This document shows positions 48,961 to 64,000 of a stretch of DNA of 64,000 bases, piece by piece. The notes under the pieces are model-generated. The model saw nothing but the letters and a program-made list of their open reading frames with translations, had not been told where the DNA came from and did not search any database. The translations under genes and the position numbers were made by a program. This DNA comes from the human T2T-CHM13v2.0 reference genome, Homo sapiens: the NCBI RefSeq assembly GCF_009914755.1, contig NC_060934.1. The stretch is one strand, 5' to 3'. Position 1 is the first letter of the stretch. Every line of letters begins with the position of its first letter.

Positions 48961-49851
48961 TTCTTTTTCTTAAAGAGAGCCTCTGTAATTCTGTAAGCTA
49001 CAGACTCCACAAAATTAGGACCCACCTCTGCATAGTTCAAGTTATGATTATAGATTAAAATCTAGAGGGAGAAGGCAGAGGGCTGAGACCCTGCTGTATA
49101 TCCTTATATAAGGAGAAGAGAGAAATGAAGAAAAAGAACAAGAAGGAAGAAAGACTGCGTTCCTTTCAAATTGTTCAACAATTCGAATTCCAAACCACAT
49201 ATCTACAGGTGCCTAAATATAGTACCTCTAATCTCAGTATACAAAAAAGATATGTTACTTACCTATAAACCAGTTTGTTTATTTGAAAGCATCAGATACT
49301 ACCAACAACTTTGAAGAAAACTGTGCTGCTATGCCTATGCCTTTTAGTTTTCAAACAGTTCTTAATTTCCAAAACAGATGCTAACCAGAATTTTAGTGTA
49401 AGAGTAGGAAACTTTTAGTACCACTTCCTTTATGAAGAGCCCTTTAATTCCCCTAGGCCAACTCAGACTCCTATTCCTCCAATATAGCCCCAATGCTAGA
49501 GATCTGTAATTGTTTGTACATATTTCAAATATTAAATATTGTACATATTGAAGTATAACTTCAGTGAGGGCAGGGATTGGGTCAAGTCTTATCATCTACA
49601 TATCCCTAGTGAGTAGCACAGTGCTAGCACATGCCAGCACATTCTAGGTGCTCAAATATGGGTTGAGTGAATATTAACAAAAGGCAAATACTCTAATTCC
49701 AAGTTTATGAATGAGGAAGCTGAGGGTTGCCCCAGAATACATGCGAAGCAAATGGCAAAGCTAAAATCCAGGTCTCTCAACTCTGAAAATTTCTCCCTAA
49801 TACAGTAACAATAATATATTTTATAACATAAGCCATAGGAGAACAAAATGA

Positions 49852-50197
<346 letters not shown>

Positions 50198-50739
50198 AAA
50201 AATGACTATTTCAAATGAAGATAAAGTTATTTTTCCCTGCTGGCTAAGTACAATTTATCATTTCCTACTCCCACCATACTTCCACCCTCACCCAGATTAT
50301 ATGTGAACTTTATTTTCAGATTTGTAAATTTTCTTCATACTAAGAAAAATGAACAGGTAACATATAATAGCTGAAGCCATTACTTTCTAATGAAACAGAC
50401 AGAACACTAAAGAATTGGTAGGATGGTTGCATTTCTCTTCTTCAGAACTGTAACAGAGACCAGAACTGCTCTGGGAAAGTAGTGTGGCAAGTATGTTCAA
50501 TTGCCCACACCCACGCAATCTCTATAATAAACTATGTTTCTTTTAAGGCCTAGACTCATACACACACACACACACACATGCATGGAAAATTTTAGTTCTG
50601 ACAACCATGAAACTTAAGGACTTACTTCTTCTGGACTCCATTTAGCTCATTTTCACTTTGCATTGTGATTGTATCTGAGACATGAGCTTATTTATGGAAG
50701 TTTTTGTAAAGGATAGGCAACCCTCTATTAGTAACAATA

Positions 50740-50960
50740 TAACAATGACAACAATAGCAACCATTCATTGAGTGCATGGCTTCTTATTAAGCATTCAATA
50801 ATATTAGCTAATCTAATCCTCAGGATCTTATATTGCTTTCCCTACTATATAAATGGGAGTGAGATCAAGTAGTTTGCACAAGCTCCATAAAACTAGTACA
50901 TGGTAAATACAGAATCCAAACCTACGTCTGTTTAACCCCAAAGTTCCTGCTCATAACCAT
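50740..50960 (-). mobile_element. MIR fragment
   Basis: accattcattgagtgc...ctaatcctca...tggtaaatacagaatccaaacctacgtctg. Confidence 0.7.
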
Positions 50961-52240
50961 TCTTCTATGTTGCTTTTAGGAATAAAGGACTTCACAGGTT
51001 GGTGGTCTCTAAATATTTTTATTGTATATACTTATTGATAAAACATTTTTGAACATATATCATTCATATATACATACGTATATACACACATGTATATTAC
51101 ATATGCACCTACTGCGGTAATATATAATTACATTATAAAACAGATCAAACAGAATTTTAAATTAATCAGCTGAAAATTAAGTAATATTTTTAAAATTTGT
51201 TTTACTTTGATAATGGTTCAAAAACCATTTTGCTCCATTTAAAGAACAGTATTAATAATTATGTTCTGGGCATTATATAAACTTTCAATAAGATTCATGA
51301 AATATAACAAATGTAAATCCAAGTTTCAAATAGTTTTTTAATAACAGACTTTTTTAACTCTTTAAAATTTTTTAGTTTTATAAAATTAGAGGTACAAGTG
51401 CAGTTGTGTTACATGAATATACTGTGTATTAGTGAAGTAATTTAGGTTTTTTTTTTGGCTCAACTTCTTTTCGGACTATTTTTACCTCATTACATGGCTG
51501 ACCAAGAGTTCATATTAAAGACAAACCATTAGCTTTGCAATTTTCTTGTTGTTCCTATGTGCTGACATTATTAGTACTATATTTAATCCAATTTATTTTC
51601 AAAAATCCCTTTACTTTAAGTCCACTTAGCTAGGGACATGTGAACTGCAACACGTTGAAATACACTGGAAATAAACTAATCAATTAGGAAAAATTTCCAA
51701 CTCCAATCTCAGAATAAACCAGAATTGTACAAAACAAGTCATCTTCTTACAGGTTATTAGCAAAACTTCCCCACCCAGGGGATTTCCTTGCATATCTTCT
51801 GAAGTGCCTCTACACCCTCTCTGGCCCACACCTGACCTTGGACAGCACTTAACTAAATACTCTAAAATTCACCCATATTCAACCAAATCTGGAAAGAGCT
51901 GTCTGCATTTAAGTCACCGTCCAAAAAAAATTCCTTTTTATTCAATGAGTTTTGATGTGATGTCATCAAACTAAATGAAGGAACCTCTAAGAAACTGCTT
52001 CTCATACTGAGAAAACAGGAGAGCTAAAGTTAAAATGAATTCGAAGGACTTCTTCCTACATCATCTTTAACAAAGGAAGATGAAAAACAAGAAGTAATCA
52101 TCATCTCTTCAGATCTCTTAACACAAAGACTTCTACAAACATGGAGGAAGTTCATTCTGAAATTCATAAAGACAAAGTTTCAACAACTTAGGATATAAAT
52201 AAATCAATGTTCCCAAGTCTAATCCTGAGAAAAGAAGAAT

Positions 52241-53203
<963 letters not shown>

Positions 53204-55842
53204 TCCTTTAGTGATTCTCTGTATTAACTGCCAATGCAATGCTTTTACTGTACAATACGTACAGTTTTTGTAATTATAACCTTTTTCCCATATTGTTTTT
53301 TTCTGATCATATGTATAAAATACAATTTTATGAAGGTTGAATCTAATGAAAAATTGAGCTGGTAAAAAAAAGTATTCACTTATGTGATGGTTTGTAAGAG
53401 GACTTCTAAGCAACAGAGAGCATATCTTTGTACTTAAAATTTGACTTAAAACAGTTGGAGAAAAGGGGAACTTCTAGTCATGTGCCTTTTAATCTCATGA
53501 CCACATTTGTGCATGGCCATTGACTTTTACACAGACATTCCATTGTGTTGATAACAGCATTAGGCTCATTCTAAAAATGTAAAATGCCATCTAATTTTTG
53601 TTCAGCTCAACTTCATTTTAGGGTAATCAGAAAGAATTCTAATACCAACAAATGTTCATCTAGTTAGCATCATGCCTTAAAAGAACCCAAAATGTTTAGC
53701 TAAAATATGACAATGCTTCCCAAGACACATTTTCAGACCTTTATTTCCCAGGGGACTGAGTGATTCTTTGCATTTTATTTCACTAATCCTTACGTACATC
53801 CTAGATTACCAAGAAACACTGATCTAGATTCAAACTCTAACAGTCTAAATTCCAAACCTCACATTGTGAATCAATATACTATGTGGAATTAAAGTTGTCC
53901 AACCACTTGCACATTTCTGCACCAAGGGCCCATTATGATTCCTTCATCTATAAAAAGATGTAGATTTCTTGGCATTTATATTTTTACAGTCTATCTTATT
54001 ATTCAAATACAAAAAAACCCCAGAAAATTATTAGTCCAGTTTTGACACCCTCGAAGACAATGATTCCTAAAATAACCCCAAGATCAAAGCAATGCAAATA
54101 TTACTACCCACCTATCAATGACGAGGATGCCAAGATTTCTAACACTAACAATTATACAGTTGAAAAGTCACAGCTAAGAGAGGCCTTCCCTGACTGCCAT
54201 ATATAAGTAGTCCCTACTCCGAACCTGCCAACCTCATCTCTGTCAAAGTGGCAGCCAGTTGTTGAACTTCTAAGAGAGAATGCAGATGAAAAAGTGTCCT
54301 GTGAGACACGGAGAACAAAAGCCAGACTCCCTAATTAGAACACAAAAAGAAAAAAGTACTGCTTGCCTGCTACCAGAGGCAACAGTTGATGGGAAGTGGC
54401 AGGGAGAAGGGAAGGTAGGGGCTGCAGGAGAGGATAAACGCATTGCCTTGCCACCTAGAATGCAGGCAGGTTATATGGCTCAGGAACTGAAAGTACAATA
54501 CCCCCAAATATCACCAAAGAGCAGGAGCCCCCAAACAGATTCTGGTCTGAGAACACTAAAGACAGAATAGCGACAATCCCTAAACTGCTAACCTGGTAGG
54601 GGTGAGAACAAAAAAAGAAAGAAAGCGAAAAGAAAAACAAAAAGAAAGACTACTAAGCAATACATACAACACAAACTTTAAAAGCCAGAGAATACCTTTT
54701 TTTGCAATATACATGACAAAAGATTTCTATCCTTAATAAAGAGATTTTATAATTCAAGAAAACCAATACCCCAATTTAAAAGTCATGTAAATAAACAATT
54801 CTAAATTAATTAATTAATAAATTAAATTAATCCTAAATAAGTAGATAATTCACAGAATAAATAACAAAAAACCTCACATCACAACTAAGAGAACCAGAGA
54901 ACCAAGAGAAAACCAACTCTAAAGCTAGCAGAAGACAAGAAATAACCAAACTCGGAGCTGAACTAAAGGAGACTGAGACATAAAAAACCATTCAAAAGAT
55001 CAGCAAATCCAAGAGTTGTTTTTTTGAAAAAAAAAAAAAAAAAAAAAAAACTAATAAAATAGATAGAACTCTAGCTAGACAAATAAAGAAGAGAGAAGAC
55101 CCAAATAAACATCGTCAGAAACAACAAAGAGGGTATTACCACTGACCCCACAGAAATATAAATAATCATAAGCAATTATTATAAACATCTCTATGCACAT
55201 AAACTAGAAAATACAGAAGAAATGAATAAATTTCTGTACACATACACCCTCCCAAGACAGAGCCAGTAAGAAATGGAATTCATGAACAGACCAATAATGA
55301 GCTCTGAAATTGAAACAGTAATAAATAGCCTAACACCCCAAAAAAGCCCAGGAACAAACAGATTCACAGTCGAATTCTACCAGTTATAAAAAGAAAAGCT
55401 GGTACTGTTCCTACTGAAACTATTCCAAAAAATTGAGGATGAGGGACCCTTCCCTAACTCATTCTAGGAGGCCAGGATCATCCTGATGCCAAAACATAGC
55501 AGAGACACAATTTAAAAAAAGAAAAATTCAGGCCAATATCCTTGATGAACATCGATGCAAAAATCCTAAGCAAAATACTGGTAAACTGAATCCAGCAGCA
55601 TATCAAAAATCTTATCCACCACATCAAAAAGCTTATTCATCACAATCAAGTAAGCTTTATTTCTGGGATGCAAGGTTGGTTCAACATATGCAAATCAATA
55701 GATGTGATCCATCACATAAACAGAATTAAAGACAAAAAAAAACACTATTATCTCAATAGACGCAGGAAAAGCTTTCCATAAAATTCAACACCCCTTCATG
55801 TTAAAAACTCTCAATAAACTAAGTATTGAAAGAACCTACCTC

Positions 55843-56222
<380 letters not shown>

Positions 56223-56337
56223 CTACCCTTGAAAACCAGCACAAGACAAGGATAGCCTCTCTCACCACTCCATTCAATATAGTATTGGAAGTCCTGGCCA
56301 GAGAAACAGGCAAGAGAAAGAAATAAAGGGCATCCCG

Positions 56338-56744
56338 GGCCGAGTGTGGTGGCTCACGCCTGTAATCTCAGCACTTTGGGAGGCTGAGGTGGTCAGACCA
56401 CTTGAGGTCAGGAGTTCAAGACCAGCCTGGCCAACATGATGAAACCCTGTCTCTACGAAAAATACAAAAATTAGCTGGGCGTGGTGGTAGGCACCTGTAT
56501 TCCCAGCTACTTGGGAGATGAGGCAGGAGACTCACTGGAACCTGGGAGGTGGAGGTTGAAGTGAGCCAAGAGTGTGCCACTGCACTCCAGCCTGGATGAC
56601 AGAACAAAATGAAAAGAAAGAAAGAAAGGAAAAGAAAGAAAGAAAAGAAAAGAAAGAAAGAAAGAGAGAGAAAGAAAGAAAGAGAAAGAAAGAGAAAGAG
56701 AGGGAGGGAGGGAGGGAGGGAGGGAGGGAGGGAGGGAAGGAAGG
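56338..56744 (+). mobile_element. AluS with (GAAA)n/(AGGG)n tail nested in L1PA
   Basis: Alu dimer 56338-56610, pure purine tail 56611-56744. Confidence 0.93.
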
Positions 56745-58092
56745 CTGAAATAGGAAGAGAGGAAGCCAAACTATACCTGTTTACAGTTGACATGATTCTG
56801 TATCTAGAAAAACCCATAGTCTCATCTAAAAGCTCCTTAAACTGATAAATAACTTCAGCAAAGTCTCAAGATAAAAAATCAATGTACAAAAATCACTAGC
56901 ATTGCTACACCAACAGTCAACCTGAGGGCTAAATCAGGAATGCAATCCCATTCACAACTGCCACAAAAAGAATAAAATACCTAGGAATACAGCTAATGAG
57001 AGAGGTAAAAAATCTCTATAAGCAAAACTACAAAATACTGCTCAAAGAAATCAAAGATGATGCAATCAAATGGAAAACATTACATGCTCATGGACAGGAA
57101 GAATCAATTTTGTTAAAATGGTCATACTGCCCAAAGCAATTTATAGATTCAATACTATTCCTTTAAACTACCAATGGCATTCTTCACAGAACTAGAAAAA
57201 GCTATTTTAATATTCATATGGAAGCAAAAAAGAGCCCAAATATCCAAGACAATCCTAAGCAAAAAGAACAAAGCTGGAGGCATTACATCATACTACCTGA
57301 CTTCAAACTACGCTACAGAACTACAGTCACCAAAACATCATGGCACTGGTACAAAAACAGACACATAGACTAATGGAACAGAATAGCGGGCCCAGAAATA
57401 AGGCTGCACATCTAAAACGATCTGATCTTTGACAAAGCTGACAAAAACAAGCAATGGGGAAATGACTTCCTATTCAAAAAATGGTGCTGGACTAACTGGC
57501 TAGCCATATGCAGATGATTGAAGCTGGACCCCTTCCTTACACCATATACAAAAATCAACTAAGATGAATTAAAGATTTAAATGTAAAACACAAAACTTAA
57601 AAACCCTGGAAGATAACCTAGGCAGTACCATCCTGGACATAGGAACAGGCAAAGATTTCATGACAAAGACGCCAAAAGCAATCACGACAAAAGCAAAAAT
57701 TGGCAAACAGGATCTAATTAAACTAAAGAGCTTTTGCACCACAGAAGAAACTATTAACAGAGTAAACAGACAACCTACAGAATGGAAGAAAATATTTGCA
57801 AACTATGCATCCAACAAAGGTTTAATATCCAGCATCTATAAGGAACTTAAACAAATTTACGATTTAAAAAAACCATTAAAAAGTGGGCAAAGGACATGAA
57901 AAGACACTTTTTGAAAGACATATATGCGGCCAATAATCCTATGAAAAAAAGCTCAACATCACTGATCATTAGAGAAATGCAAATCAAAACCACAATAAGA
58001 TACCATTTCAAAGATAATAACAGTCAGCATCTGTTCTCCATATCCTCTCCTGCATCTATTATGTTTTGACTTTTTAATAATAGCCATTCTAA

Positions 58093-58387
<295 letters not shown>

Positions 58388-59155
58388 AACCATTCTAACT
58401 TTTATTAAAAAGTCAAAACATAACAGATGCTGGCAAGGATGCAGAGAAAAAGGAATGCTTATACACCATGGGTGAGAGTGTAAATTAGTTCAACCATTGA
58501 GGAAAACAGTGTGGTAATTTCTCAAAGAGCTAAAAACAGAACTACCATTCAACCCAGCAATCCCATTACTGGTTATATACCCAAAAGAATGTAAATCATT
58601 GTATCACAGACACATACATGCGTATGTTCATTGCAGCACTATTTACAATAGCAAAAACATAAAATCAACCTAAATGCCCATCAATGGTAGACAGAATAAA
58701 GAAAATGTACCACAGAATACTATGCAGTCATAAAAAGTAAGAGCATGATCTTTGCAGGGACATGGATGGAGCTGGAGGCCATCATCTTTAGCAAACTAAC
58801 ACAGAAGCAGAAAACCAAATACTGCATGCTCTCACTTACAAGTGGGAGCTAAACAATGAAAACAAATGGACACATAGAGGGGCACAACAGATACTGGGGC
58901 CTATCAGAGGGTGGAGGGTGGGAGGAGGGAGAGGATCAGGAAAAATAACTAATGGGTACTAGGTTTAATACCTCAGTGATCAAATAATCTGTACAACAAA
59001 CCCCCATGACACAAATTTACCTATCTAACAAACCTGCACATGTACCACTGAACTTAAAAAATATATTAAATAAAAGCTTACAAAAAGAAACAAGTTTAAA
59101 AAAAGTGTTTAACTTAAAAGAAAATATTTTTAAAAGATAATTCCCAGAAAAAATA

Positions 59156-61090
59156 AAAATAACAAAGAATGTAAAAAGACAGTTACCTTCACTCGCAGTC
59201 AATGAAATAAAATTACAAACAACAATGCCATATCAATTATTGTCTATTACACTGACAAAGATAAAAGAATGGAAAATAATCAGGATTAATATGAGACAAG
59301 ATTTATGAGCTCTCCTGTGTAGTGTTGGGATAAGTATAAACTGGCAGGACATTTATAAAAGTCCCTTTACTAAATACATTAAAATTTTAAATATGCGGGA
59401 AGCAATCACACTTCTAGGAATTGTGCAAAAATATATCTACAATGATGTTCATCATGACATCATTTATAATCATGAAAAATTAGAGACAACCATGAGAGCT
59501 ATCAACAGAAGATCAATTAAATAATTATGATACATCCATACAATGTAATTCTAATGTAGCCATTAAAAATAATATGATCCTATACTTATTGCTATAGACA
59601 GAAAGAAGTCCACAAAATTTTAAGGTGGTAACAAGATAACAGGCACATACTGTATTACTGGATTTATATAAAATTATGTATATGTATGTGCTTCTATGTT
59701 TATGACTTACATTTGCATGTGTGCGAGAATGCATAGAGATGATTAGAAGAAAACCAATCAAAATATTTTTATCTGTATTATAATCAGAAATAATAACAGA
59801 AGTTATCCTACTTTTAAATATATATAAACTTATTTTTACCTCAAATGTACTGGCTTCAGTGGGAAAATATTCAGATAGTTATGTACATTAAATAATAAAG
59901 TTATTTGCATTTAAATCATGTGAAAAGCAGCTATCACCACTATTTTTCAATCTTCTTTTGGGGATTTTGATAAATTAAAAGGAAAATAATCGGTAAAAAT
60001 TTAGAAAAAAGACAAATATACCTTTGTCCTTGATAAGACTGTATACCTATGAAACACAAAACACTCTATGAATAAGCTACTAGAATTAAGAAAATTTGGT
60101 AAAAGGAATGAATACAAGTTTAAAATAATTAAAGTATGCATTTTCTCTTTACACCAGAAAAAAACTTACAAGTGGAAAAAAATTCACTCTCAATAAAACT
60201 ATAAAATATCTTAAAATAAATTTAATAAGAATAGAAAATTCTAAATATTGTCAAGTTACCAAGTGACACAAAATAACTGAACAAATGGAGATATATACTA
60301 TTTTCTTAAGTGGAAGACAATACTGAAAAATATCAATCCTTCCCAAATTGGACAATAATTTGAATGTAATTCCAAATGGAATCCAGTGATGAATTTTCTT
60401 GAACTGGAGAAAATGAAAAGTTCATTTTGAAAAGTAATTATATGGGAATAGTCAAGTAAATCTTTAAAAAGAAAAATGAGAGAGTAGTTAATAAGCCTTA
60501 CCAGAAATCAAAACAGTATACCATTGGCACAGAAATAAAGAATAGGAAAATGACAGAAAACAGAATTCAGAAATAGGTACAAATACATGTGGGAGTATAA
60601 TATAATATATAACATCTATGGTATTTCAATACAGTGGCAAAAAATGTTTTAAAAACAGTGTAGACAAAGCTGGCTAGTCATTTGGAAGAAAATGTTATAT
60701 ACTTATACACATCACACTACATGTAAACATAAATTCCAGTCACAGTAAAAGAGTAAAGCTCTAAATTAAAAACAGTCAAAAAATAGATTATATCCAGAGT
60801 GAAAAATGGTTTGCAATACATATGACAAAGGATTAACATTTCTATTCACAAAGAGCAATTACAAACTATTAAGAAAAAGATCAACACCCAATTTAAAAAG
60901 GCATAGAATATGAAAAGGTAATTCACCAAAGAGGATAGGCAAATCACCAATAAACAGGTTAAAATATACAAACCCCAATTATAGTCAGAAAACTGCAACA
61001 ATTAGATGTTTTTTAGCTGCTAGACTGAAAAAAACTTTAAAAGAACACTAAAGGCTTTGCCTGCTAGACTAAAAAAGATTAAAAACAGCA
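59156..61090 (+). mobile_element. Old L1ME/MD-like fragments
   Basis: cacacttctaggaatt, aataagctactagaattaag, aacaaatggagatatatacta, atatgacaaaggattaacat; very degenerate. Confidence 0.7.
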
Positions 61091-61096
61091 CTAAAG

Positions 61097-62574
61097 GCAG
61101 AGCGTGGTTTCAGCTCTTCTCTCCTTATCGCTTCTCTCCTTCTTGTTGCCCACAACAAGGCAAGTGGGGGCGTGTTTCAGCACTGTTTGTGTTACAGCTC
61201 TTTCAGTCCCACCATTGAGTTCTTGTCCTGTGTCCAGGAATAATGAGGTACATGGAAAACTAGGGGTGAGCAAGGCAAAGAGTTGCTTTATTGAGTGACT
61301 ATACAGCTCTCAGGAGATCCAAGGTGGGTAGCTCCTTTCTACAGGCAGGTGGTTCTGATGAGTGCAGCTGTCAGTGGCAAGGAGACCCATAGTGAGCAGT
61401 CCTAGTCACAGGCAAGTGATCCTGTCAAGTTTGCAGCCCTCAGTGAAGAGGAGACCTTCAGTGGGTAGCTCATATCCACAGGCAGGTCGTCCTGACAATT
61501 GTGCAGCTCTCAGTGGAGAGGAGACCCAGAGTGGGTAGCTCCTATCTGCAGACAAGTCATCCTGATGAGTGTGCAGTTCTCAGCAGAGAGGAGACCCAGA
61601 GTGGGTAGCTCCTATCCGTAGGCAGGTTGTCCTGACGTCTGTGCAGCCTTCAGCAAAAAGGGGACATGGAGTGGGTAGCTCCTATCCAATTTCAGAGCAA
61701 AGTTGAGGCTGCGCCTGGGCACTGAGGCAGGTTGTCCCATTGATTCTGCAGTCCTCAGTGGAGAGGAGACCTGGAGTGGGTGGCTCATATCTGCAGGCAG
61801 GTCATCCTGATTTCTGCCTGAGTCTGACTGAGTCCAGGGTTTTTACGGGCTTAGAAGGGAGAAAGTGTGTACTGATTTGGTCCATGGGTGGCTATGGGTG
61901 GGCCCGGAAAAAGGACCGTAAGTTCTCACTCTGGTCCTCAGACTCCAGCCAGAACTCACAGCCTGGCCCCCATGCTTCAGGCAATTCCTGGCTTGAAGGT
62001 GGGGCTTCACCAGATACCCACCACTTTCTGCCCAGAAGCCTGTCTGCCTCCTGCCACCATTAATCATGTCCACAACTCCCAGGCTGTTAGTGCCAAGAGG
62101 TGCCTGCAGGCCTGTGCTGAGCCACCCTCAGCCCCTCCCTCAGGCTCCCTCCTGTGTTTGTTGGCACCCAAAGTCCAGAGGGGGCCAAGGCAGCAGGGGA
62201 CTGGTGTGTCAGCACTGCCCCAAGCACATGCCAACCCAGCCAGGTTGCAACAGTACCCAGGCTTGGCCTCAACTTTGCTCCAAAATTGGTGCAGGCACCA
62301 GAAGCATGGCAAGGCCAGACAGCAGGAGTAGGCACTTCCGAGCCTGCTGGGGCAGAGGAGCTTCCCTGGCATTTGAGAGTGCAGAGATCCCTGGGTCCGC
62401 AGCCATCACTGGGCAGCTTCAGCTTTGTCTGGAAAGATGGGGCTCCCACTGTGCCAACTCAAAATGGAGTGGGGCTCCTGCCAGCTCCATGGAGTGTGCA
62501 GCCCTGGCTGTGCCTCCCAAACTGCAGCTGGCATCTTCACAGCAGCCACTCCATATGGGCTGCCACTGCCATCA
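61097..62574 (-). mobile_element. MER52-family ERV1 LTR (3' end truncated)
   Basis: Minus-strand start tgatggcagtggcagccc; GC-rich; internal ~70-bp tandem units; minus-strand AATAAA near 61287-61292. Confidence 0.85.
61300..61815. repeat. ~70-bp tandem array (7 units) inside MER52
   Basis: ggagacc...gtgggtagctcc...caggcaggt anchors at 61313, 61381, 61450, 61520, 61590, 61660, 61765. Confidence 0.9.
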
Positions 62575-63056
62575 ATAGCATAAGGGAAGTCTAATAATGG
62601 AGTGTCCCAAAAGATGACATAGTACAGTATTGTGAGTAGCAGCAGAAGATAGTGGTATACAGTAAGCACTCAGCAAATGCTGTTGAAAGTTGAATCGGGG
62701 TATTTTGATTACCCATGCCCCCAATCAGGCAGAAAATAGCTATAAAACCTCTTCATTACACACACACAAAAACTTCCTCTCCTGATCCCTAATAAGGAAA
62801 GCTTTACGCTCCCAAACCTAAGAATCACTGCTCTGGATAAAAATCCTGAAAATTCATGTATTTTAAACCATACTTCAAAATGAACTCTGCTACACTACCT
62901 GGAGAGTGAATCATGCAGAGACTGTGTCTACGATTGGTCCTTCCATGATAAAAATTTAATTTTGAACTTTTCTTTATGGCATGGGAGAGGCCACTGCTCA
63001 GACTCTATCTAATCCCCTGGCTCCTAGACTATAATATTAGGAAGCTGAGATAGCTA

Positions 63057-64000
63057 AGGAAGACGGCAGATTGGATACTGGGTTAATACACAGTTCCCAC
63101 TGGCATGGACAGAACAGCATGTGGAGATTCACACTGTGAACTTTTGCTCCAAGAACCACCATGGGAACGTACTAGGAAAACTGAAAGAATTCACTGATCC
63201 TTTGAAAGAAGTGGCATGCCACTGCAAATTCTCCATCACAGGCAAAAAACTGTGAGTTCCCAAAGCGTGAGAGGGGAAAAACATGCCTCTGAACACACAT
63301 CCCCAATGGGGAATCTGAAAATCCAGATCACAGGAGAAAGATTTAACCTTACCTATAGTTGAAATGGATTTAGGGAACCATGCAAAATACAGAAGTAGAA
63401 CCAACAGTGGGAAGAGCCTTGTAGGCACTCCTAGTCTTTAGCTCGAGCCCAAGGAAGTCATCCCTAACTTATCTCTCAAGGGTCCCTAGAGAAGGCAGCA
63501 AGTAGAATTAGGGAGGGGCTACAGGGTGAAAGAAGCTTCCAACTGAAATCTGTAATAATTTTGACTGGGAGTGAATTTTCATGAGCAGAATCCAGGAGGC
63601 GAATGGGGACTGCTGCAGATAACGAGCACAGGAGCTGGTGATGACAGTGTGAGCAGATGGGAGGGGCAGGGCCTGAAATCTGTGCTTGCTTTCTCAGCAG
63701 GGAAGCTTACGACCTGGTGCAAGGTCTGAGTGAGGCACTGCAGGAACAAGACCAGCCTTACCAACTGTGTGGGAGCTGAGTGAGGCCTTTTGCTACCAGC
63801 TATGCCCCCACTTCCCTGGTGAACTATGTGACACAGCAGAGGCAGCCATAATCCCCTCTGGAATATAACCCCATTGGCCTGAGAACCACAACCAATCCCC
63901 CACAGTGGCCGCAGCAAGCCTTGCCCAAGTCTGAGCCCAGACTCACCTAACCCTGCCCCAACCTGATGGTATTTCACTACCTGCCCTAGTAGCTGAACAG
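63057..64000 (+). mobile_element. 5'UTR of an L1PB-type element running off the window
   Basis: aagacggcaga start, tgtgaacttttgctccaag, gatcctttgaaagaag, cctgagaaccac, accctgccccaacctgatggt. Confidence 0.8.

Noticed and set aside
49257-49400. Minus-strand consensus donor ag|gtaagt at 49263/49262
   Set aside because: Upstream sequence has stops in all frames and no convincing acceptor; such motifs occur by chance in 64 kb
51948-51972. Small hairpin agttttgatg-tgatgt-catcaaact
   Set aside because: Short, bulged and AT-rich; TCF-like half sites are non-consensus
61300-61815. CRISPR-like regularly spaced repeats (also 16500-17600)
   Set aside because: Whole units are homologous with no unique spacers, no cas genes, and both lie within retroelements
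61740-62669. Cluster of overlapping 100-170 aa ORFs
   Set aside because: GC-rich MER52 LTR is stop-poor in all frames

Overview
Human-type (AluYa5-bearing) AT-rich intronic or intergenic DNA. By rough tally about 60% is transposable-element debris. I cannot recognise any cellular protein-coding exon, RNA gene, CpG island or CRISPR array; every recognisable ORF in the track is L1-, Alu-, THE1-int-, MST- or MER52-derived. Main elements: a complete THE1 MaLR provirus (4064-6267) inside an old L1M; a near full-length ancient L1MA9-like element (8130-17810, minus) with a 5-monomer 5'UTR and six nested insertions; a full-length dead L1PA4-like element (36631-42694) keeping an open RT domain and an ORF0 homologue; L1PB1, L1PA10-13-like and L1PA13-16-like fragments; about 18 Alus including a human-specific AluYa5; and a MER52 LTR. 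I found no evidence for a new multi-gene biological system. The most interesting unexplained structure is small-scale: (1) a symmetric 92-bp palindrome centred on a perfect CRE in a CpG-retaining unique region (~25.0 kb); (2) a diverged ~80-bp direct repeat bracketing that region; (3) a fold-back inversion inside an L1 with an Alu in its loop (~58.1 kb); (4) an inverted templated insertion inside MER52; (5) closely spaced inverted Alu pairs; (6) a candidate non-coding exon at 34341-34405. Subfamily names come from remembered diagnostics and need RepeatMasker/Dfam confirmation.
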